Of a DNA stretch of 35,921 bases, positions 32,908-35,921 are shown piece after piece. The DNA is from Octopus bimaculoides. Taxonomy: Eukaryota. The stretch is taken from the NCBI RefSeq assembly GCF_001194135.2, contig NC_068986.1, positions 63,064,893 through 63,100,813 of the forward strand, in the 5' to 3' direction. The first letter of the stretch is position 1. Each line of letters begins with the position of its first letter. The position numbers were made by a program, and so were the translations under genes. The notes under the pieces were generated by a model. That model was given only the letters and a program-made list of their open reading frames with translations. It did no database searches and had not been told where the DNA came from.

Positions 32908-33241
32908 GTTTTACTTGTTTCTGTCATTTGATAGTGGTTGAACAGATCAATCCCAGTATTTTTTTTTAAGCTTGGTACTTATTCTATTAGTCCCTTTTGC
33001 AGAACCACTGCCACACCAACACCAGTTGTCAAGCTGTGGTGGGGGACAAACACAGACACAAAGATACACAAACACATACACATATATATATGATGGTTTT
33101 TTTTCAGTTTCTGTCTACCGAATCCACTCACAAGGCTTGAGGCTTTAGTAGAAGACACTTGCCCAAGGTGCCATGCAATGGGACTGAACTCAGAACCATG
33201 TATTTGGGAAGCAAACTTCTTACCACACAGCCATGCCTGCA
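32908..33241 (-). mobile_element. SINE family A, near full length
   Basis: Runs ttttacttgtttctgtcatttga..agtagaagacacttgcccaaggtgccatgcaatgggactgaactc..cttcttaccacacagccatgcctgc. Confidence 0.88.
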
Positions 33242-33257
33242 CATGCATGTGCACACG

Positions 33258-33294
<37 letters not shown>

Positions 33295-33979
33295 TCACAC
33301 ACACACAGTATGCCTTCCCTATGTATTATACAAATGTAATTCTTGTTTGTTCACAAATAAATTGCACTTCATATTCAAGGCTTCAATGAAGCTATAGGAT
33401 GTTATTCAGGCATTCAACCAAGAGTCCACAGCATCTTATAGCAGAAACAGCTGCAAGCTAATGAAGTTCATAACAACCATATTGTCACATTTTATTCTCT
33501 GTCTCTTATTGCTTACTTCATGTTATGTATTCACTGTAAACTGTAGTCAGACCCATCTACTGGTTATAGCCTGGGAATCTTTTCATCCTCTGTCAGTATA
33601 GCCAACATCCTACAGGTGACCAGAACATATGAAGTGAAACTCAGTATATGTAGTGAAGTATCTTATTTAAAATGAGACACCTGACAAAATGCAGCCTACA
33701 CTGATGGATACAACACAACTAGCTGTGCAGTATCCCATTGGTAAGAGACAGATGCAGGATCTGTTGAAACAATCATTGTGTTGAATAAAGATTCTTGCTA
33801 ACTTCATTTTCCAATTCTTTCATTCATTCTATATATATGTATGTATATATAAATATAAAAAATGGAACAAAAATGCAATAGAAGACAATAAAATATTCAG
33901 ACAGATAAACGATACAAAGGCGGACAGGAGAAACAACAATTAGAAGGACAGGGGGAAAAAAAAGGACAAGTCATTTGTG

Positions 33980-34037
33980 GCCTTCTTTCTTCAGTCAAGT
34001 TGTCCTTACTGTTTCAGGCAGTTACACTTGAGACAGT
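33980..34037 (-). ncRNA. Hammerhead-ribozyme-like motif with non-canonical strand order
   Basis: The minus strand reads actgTC-tcaagt-gtaact-gcct-GAAA-cagt-aaggaca-acttga-CTGAAGA-aaga-aggc. Pairings are stem I tcaagt/acttga, stem II aggc/gcct and stem III cagt/actg, with a GUC triplet. Confidence 0.5.
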
Positions 34038-34071
34038 TGCCCCCAAAAAAGTCTAAGCTAAGAGCATAAGA

Positions 34072-34409
34072 TTTTTGTGTGGTAAGTAGCTTGCTTACCA
34101 ACCACATGATTTCGGGTTCAGTCCCACTGTGTGACACCTTGGGCAAGTGTCTTCTATAGTCTTGGGCTGACCAAAGCCTTGTGAGTGGATTTGATAGATG
34201 GAAACTGAAAGAAGCCTGTCGTATATGTGTGTGTGTGTATGTGTGTGTATGTATGTGTGTGTGTTTGTTCCCACCAACATCGCTTGACAACCAATACTGG
34301 TGTGTTTGCATCACCATAAGTTAGTGGTTCAGCAAAAGAGACTGACAGAATCAGTACTAGGCTGACAAAGAATAACTCCTGACTGAAACAAATAAAAGAA
34401 TAAAAGAAT
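34072..34409 (+). mobile_element. SINE family A, near full length
   Basis: Runs tgtgtggtaagtagcttgcttaccaaccacatgatttcgggttcagtcccactgtgtgacaccttgggcaagt..(gt)n..aaataaaagaataaaagaat. Confidence 0.88.
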
Positions 34410-34410
34410 A

Positions 34411-34680
34411 TCCCCAAAATATAAGAACAGGTAGAACGTTGGCTACGATTGCTTCATAACTCACTGACATTCATTATGTAATTCATTATGTAATGAACAC
34501 TCCTCAGTGTAACTAGTCATCTGGCCAAGTCACCTCAATGAAGTTTACATTATCGCAGGAAGTGAGTGGATTTGGTAGACAAAAACAGAAAGAAGCTCAT
34601 GATATCATTTCATTATGTAATGAATGTCAACGAGTTACAAAACAATTGTAGCCAATATTCCACTCCTTATATTTTGGGGA
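34411..34680. mobile_element. MITE with TIRs of about 75 bp
   Basis: tccccaaaatataag..ttggctacgattgc..actgacattcatta is complementary to taatgaatgtcaac..aattgtagccaa..cttatattttgggga. Confidence 0.75.
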
Positions 34681-34911
34681 TTTTTATTCACATTCTTAGC
34701 AGTGTTAGTCGCTAAACTGTGAATTGTGTGGAAACAATCAGCTTGTTGAAATTTCTCTTCACTTCAGTATCGGTTAAAGTGTGTAAACTACGATGTTAAT
34801 AAATATTTATTTTATCTCATACTATCCACTTTTTGTTCTCTATACTAGCCACCTGTTGCTTGAAGTTTACTAACTCCCTACATGTGGATCGCTGGATTGT
34901 ATATATACATA

Positions 34912-35170
34912 ATCATCATCATCATCGTTTAACATCCGTTTTCCATGCTGGCTTGGGTTGGACAGTTTGACATGGAGCTGGCCAGCTAGCTGTCCAGACT
35001 CTAATTGTGTTGTGGCATGATTTCTATGACCGGATGACTTTCCTGACGCCAACCACTTCACAGAGTGTGCTGGGTACTTTTTATGTGCCACTGGCATGGA
35101 TGCATTCATGCAGCACCAGCATAGGTACATTTTATGTGGCACTGGCATTTGCAAAGGACAAGCCTGTATG
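34912..35170 (-). mobile_element. SINE/LINE fragment sharing its 3' end and (GAT)n tail with the RTE at 10601-11319
   Basis: (cat)n-cgtttaacatccgttttccatgctggcttgggttggac is the reverse complement, with few mismatches, of 11247-11300. Confidence 0.7.
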
Positions 35171-35298
35171 TATGGATGACAGTGTTTTGCTTAGCTTGAT
35201 GTGTCTTTTCAAGTACAGCAAATCACCACAACACCTGCTCCCTTATCATTTCTTAAGTGAGACCCAGCATCTGAAGAACCTACATATGTATGTGTGTA

Positions 35299-35336
<38 letters not shown>

Positions 35337-35340
<4 letters not shown>

Positions 35341-35802
35341 AAGCATATAATTATAAAAATATAATTATAATTACAGGCGCTGGAACGCCAATGCCTATAT
35401 GCTAGAAGTAGATGTCAAATGTCTACAAGCCACTCTAAATTAACCACATGGGCAAGATGGGCGATTAGATGTAATGTATATGCAGGAAATGCATATATAT
35501 ATATTGGTATCTGTATGTGGAAATTTATCGGTATGTATGTGTGTTTTTCACTTATATATTGTTGGAACATCCCTACTGAGGAGTGTAAAGTAATCTTTAT
35601 TACAGAGCACGACATCTTAGTATATAGGATTATCCAAAATTTCATAAATCTTCTTGCTCATTACCTTACATTTGTCCTTGTGTTGTAAATAGAAAACAAA
35701 TTTAGAGTAGCTTGTAGACATTGACATCTACTTCTAGCGCATAGGCGTTAGCATTCCAGTGTCCTTAATTATAATTATATTTTTATAATTATATACGTAA
35801 AA
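35337..35802. mobile_element. MITE/foldback with TIRs of about 105 bp
   Basis: 35337-35441 (atataattataaaaatataattataatta..gctagaagtagatgtca..ctctaaatt) is the reverse complement of 35698-35802 with scattered mismatches. Confidence 0.85.
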
Positions 35803-35883
35803 CTTAATTTTACTGATATGGTGGTTTTATTATATGCTAACCCCTGATATAAGCCTTTCAATGATTATATCCTCAATTTATAA

Positions 35884-35921
<38 letters not shown>

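Overview
AT-rich, CpG-poor animal genomic DNA with five N-gaps and dense microsatellites. The SINE, LINE and microsatellite repertoire most resembles an octopus/coleoid cephalopod genome; this is inferred from my recognition of the repeats, not from a search. I find no intact host gene. The window is a nested transposon graveyard. It holds two DD37E (TRT-like) Tc1 copies, two convergent hAT transposase relics and two hAT MITEs with 8-bp TSDs. It also holds a 3.2-kb FLYWCH Mutator (Phantom-like) element carrying R4/Dong and HERO LINE pieces, several RTE fragments (one pair back-to-back), two Penelope-like elements, at least three tRNA-SINE families and several foldback/MITE hairpins. The most unusual signal is at 33980-34037 (-): a hammerhead-ribozyme core (GUC, GAAA, CUGAAGA and three complementary helices) whose three strands occur in an order that is not a type I, II or III circular permutation. 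A few possible + strand exons are noted at low confidence. All protein-family assignments come from motif recognition in hand translations.
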